Of a DNA stretch of 64,000 bases, positions 60,422 through 64,000 are shown in pieces (within the stretch, counting starts at the first letter, position 1; each line of letters starts with the position of its first letter). Source of the DNA: Saccostrea cucullata (taxonomy: Eukaryota); assembly GCF_032062105.1 (NCBI RefSeq), contig NW_026932237.1:372001-436000 (forward strand), read 5' to 3'. A model generated the notes under the pieces. It was not told the DNA's origin. It made no database searches and worked only from the letters and a program-made list of their open reading frames with translations. A program made the translations under genes and the position numbers.

Positions 60422-62558
60422 TCAGGGGTTCCTTCTCTTTGTCATCATTTGTACGGCTTTTATCTGTTCACCAGTATAATACACTGGATACCATGGCTTG
60501 TTCCACTCTGCCTTCCCATAAGGCCCCGTCAACATGGCGTCATGGCAATCATTATACCACCATCCGCCCCCACCGCCATGAGAAACAGCACAGTTACCAT
60601 GTACCCAGTACTCCTTGTCTCTGTCAGTGGTAGTAAACCTCATTCCCTTTATTCCTCTTAGTGGATTTGAGGGCATCATGGAGTTTCCTATTGTTCAGAA
60701 TTAAAATATCTTCACAAAGTATTACTTTAAGTGATTTTAACAAAACGTATATTGGCTACAATTAACGCTCACCTAGCTAAGTAGGTATTGTTCTTGAAAA
60801 TATTTTCATAAGATTTCCTCGCATACATCTATATTTACGGGAAACCTTGATCACCTTTCTCTTTATTAACATTTCAAACTTTTAAAACTTTATTTTTTCT
60901 TATATTAGAATCCATGCATTTTTGTTAAACACAGCAAGCAAAGCAAATTAATTATATCGCACTAGTCAACCATTTTTATAACCCCTTTTAAAATGATAAC
61001 ACCTTACGAAGTTGCAACCATAAATTATCAGTTATTTTATAGAATAAATACGGACCAAAAACAAAATCAAGAAATTAAAATTTAAACATTCAAGATTTAT
61101 TGCTGTAGATTTTTTTTGCGAGTACTTATATATTATCGCGAAATGGCTATTCAACATCAGCGCGCAAAATAATTTTTTACGATTGAAGTTTGATCAAGAG
61201 TATTAATAAAGCTTTCAGAACGATGGAAATAACAGTGAGTAATTTTATTTCGCGAGCATACTTCTCTCGAAATTATGCGATAATTAATTACCCGCACGTA
61301 ATACTAGTATTAGGAATTTACAGTACCTAGTGTCCCCGATCCTTCACCAAGAGATATTCTGTACCCATCTGTTTCATTGGAAACAAGGAAATAGTCGTAA
61401 ATTTCATACAGCTGACTTCCATTTAAGTGTGTTATCACAATGTACAGTAATGAATGGTCGATTGTTGTCAGTTGGTGAATCATTTCATTTCCTATAAAAA
61501 GAGGAAGAAATCTTTTTTTTCATTTTTGTTAAAATAGTACTATAAAGACTTTTTGAATTTATTTACTATAGTTATTTTTCATGGTGCTTTACTGATTTTT
61601 TTCCCCTAGTATGTATGTTGTTTAGGTTTAGGTACTCCCTCCCCTTTTAGACTTCCCTAAGGCATGAAATATAAAATAATAATAATAATAATAATAATGT
61701 GCTTGTGATTGGAGATGTTTTTAAAAACTCACACAACGATAATTGATTTCATATACCCTTTAATTAGTATTTAGTAAAAGACCCAATCTGATAAAAATCA
61801 GAACTTTGTTACGCTCCATGATCAGAATTTCGGAGCGTACGTTACAAAGATATGATTTTAATCATATTGATAAAAGATGAAAGTCTGTATATCTTATGAC
61901 ATACCGATCCAATACTCAGAAATGTCACCAAACCCTTCTTTATATTCGGTCCAGTTTCTAGCGAAGTTCACAGATCCATCGTGCCTTTTCAGAATAACCT
62001 ACATATTGAGATGTTAGACAGGGGATTTAATAATAGACAAGTGACAAAAACATTGCTATAAGAATGAGACACGAAAAGCTTAGGATGATCTGATGTTAAG
62101 GATTATTGATGTTTAGCCTAAAATAAATTATCATATTTCAAAATAGGCCTTAAACTGTACCAAGATAATAAATTGATGTTGAAGTATGTTGAAGTATCAT
62201 AATTATAGAAATGGCATAACTAAACACGGATCAAAATGCAGGTAAATTCATTTCGATGATAAAAGTGAATATAAATTAACCATGTCTGATATCTTATAAT
62301 ATATGATGGTGGACGGGGAGACAGTAAGTCGTAAGAAAGAAAGAGAAATACATGTAACAGCAACTTCTTTGTTTGTAGACAAAAAAGTTCTTACAGTCCA
62401 TCCCCCGCCTTCGGTCTCCATACCACAATAAACCAGGCGAGCCTCATCGCCCCCGGGACAAATTGTATAGTTTCCAGAGGGTCGGGTTCGGTCTTCCAAT
62501 AGCAGTTGGAGACAATCAGGCATTATTTTTCGGCCCGATTTGCTGATACAGCTTGAGG
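60422..62558 (-). CDS. Fibrinogen-related (FBG domain; ficolin/FREP-like) protein, 5'-incomplete
   Basis: Exons 62558-62395, 61998-61905, 61491-61327 and 60687-60422 with consistent phases. Motifs [80 protein letters not shown]. Upstream exons not resolved. Confidence 0.92.
61103..61323. mobile_element. Degenerate MITE in a FREP intron
   Basis: CTGTAGATT...TTGCGAGTA / CTCGAAATTATGCG...AATTTACAG|TA. Confidence 0.5.
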
Positions 62559-62601
62559 CTGGAAATAAAGAGACAAAAAAAGATATTGTCAAATTGAAGT
62601 A

Positions 62602-62803
62602 TTGTGAAATCACTTATTTTCATGGGGGTTAATTTTCGTTGTTTTCAACATATGGAGAAACCCTCGAAATCATAACCTCCACAAAATGTAAAATTTCATA
62701 TGCATTACTAGGAAAAACTTCTCCAACCACGAAGTCCCCACAAACTAATATTTCTTTCTTAAACCTGGAAAATTTGACCCCACAAAACTATGTGATTTTA
62801 CAG
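62602..62803. mobile_element. Degenerate MITE in a FREP intron
   Basis: TTGTGAAATCACTTATTTTCATGGGG ... CCCCACAAAACTATGTGATTTTACAG. Confidence 0.55.
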
Positions 62804-64000
62804 TTTAATTCACTGAGCTTTGCAGTCTTAAGAGTTTGTCTCAGAAAAGGAAAAAAACTAAAAACAGGAAAAAAAATCACAAGGAGGATTGAACATTTCA
62901 TAAACGATTGTATCTTTTAAAAGTGGGTGCTTCCAAAATAAAGAAAAAATAACATCTATATAGTATGCAAACACTTGCAGAGTAAAAAAAATGCTCTAAC
63001 GTACCTAAACAATATAGCTAAAATCTACTCGAAAAATGGTTTTGAAATACACCGAACATACTAGACAAAGAGGAATGAAATTTAATCACAGTGACTAAAG
63101 ATTTTAAAGATTTTACTGATCAAAATTTTGTTAACGAGAAGATATCTTACTAACAGCAAAAAAAAAAAAAAAAAAAAATTAATACTAATAAAATGAAAAT
63201 ATGAAATACAGATTTAAATGAGTAAATAAACGATCTCTTATTAAAATGTATTTGTATGAGGTCTTCTGAACTTAAATAAATAAACAATTTTGTAGGTGAA
63301 ATGCAGATTTGTTTTCGTTCAAGATAGAAAAAAAGTGTTTGAAAAAATATTTTAATTATTGAGTGATGGAGTACATGTAACAGGAGGTGGATTTTTTTCT
63401 TTTCTTTTTTTGGAGCATACAGTTAGCAAGATCCTAGGTGTAAAATCGCATTAACCGGGGAACCCGAAGAAAGAAGGAAGAATGGAAGAAACCAAAATAA
63501 TTTCGTTTTACAGAATGGAGTAAATACATGACAAAGATTCTTTTTTTTTTTTGGTGATGGTTTATACTACCTCAACTTCAAGTTCTTTATTTCTTTGCCT
63601 CATGCGACACATATAACTTAACATATAAACAATAATATTTACATCCACTGAATATTATTTTCCCTTTATTTATTATGAAGACCATTGCCATTAGTCAGTG
63701 CATATGAACAACACTAAGCAAGCCATGTGCGTAGATTTCTTGAACAATGGTTGTTTCATCGGTTATGGATACAATTATGTATTCATTTTAAATTACAGTA
63801 TTTAACAAATTGAATTTTACTTCGAATGATTTTTAATACAGGTGTAAATATAAACTATACTGACACGCAAAAGAAACGCAACACCCTACTTTAGGGGAAA
63901 ATAATTATGTAAAGTAAAAAAGTTTGTATCTTAAAATTATGGATATCTTCATTTTGGTAAACACCGGTAATTTAACGGTTGAACGATTTTCATACCATAC

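Noticed and set aside
63570-63800. Upstream PAN/apple-like exon of the fibrinogen-related gene
   Set aside because: Only a short open stretch that needs a frameshift, with no convincing splice pair.

Overview
AT-rich, intron-containing animal DNA. The gene families and repeats (Cg170-like 166-bp arrays inside Helentron-type elements, Deu/Nin-type SINEs) point to a bivalve, most likely an oyster; this is inference. Genes from left to right: the 5' end of a secreted protein running off the left edge (-); a 2-exon C1q-domain gene (-); a rhodopsin-like GPCR broken by one in-frame TAA in intracellular loop 3 (+); two tandem RING-Bbox-Bbox-coiled-coil/beta-propeller TRIM genes with intronless CDSs (-); a probable decayed multi-exon secreted-protein gene (-); an intact inverted paralog of the GPCR (-); a complete 10-exon ACMSD (+, 335 aa); and four 3' exons of a fibrinogen-related protein (-). 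Intergenic and intronic DNA is dense with non-autonomous Helentrons, TA/TTAA/8-bp/9-bp-TSD MITEs, SINEs, Penelope-like fragments and a 5'-truncated L1/Tx1 LINE. No prokaryotic features, rRNA, true tRNA or CRISPR were found. I found no clearly new biological system. The best leads are the GPCR split at ICL3, a minisatellite grown from an ACMSD splice donor, a SINE with a structured non-tRNA head, a recurrent structured 3' module of Penelope-like elements, a three-level TE nest, and a duplication of a Helentron 3' end plus flank. All alignments, translations outside the ORF track and folds were done by eye.
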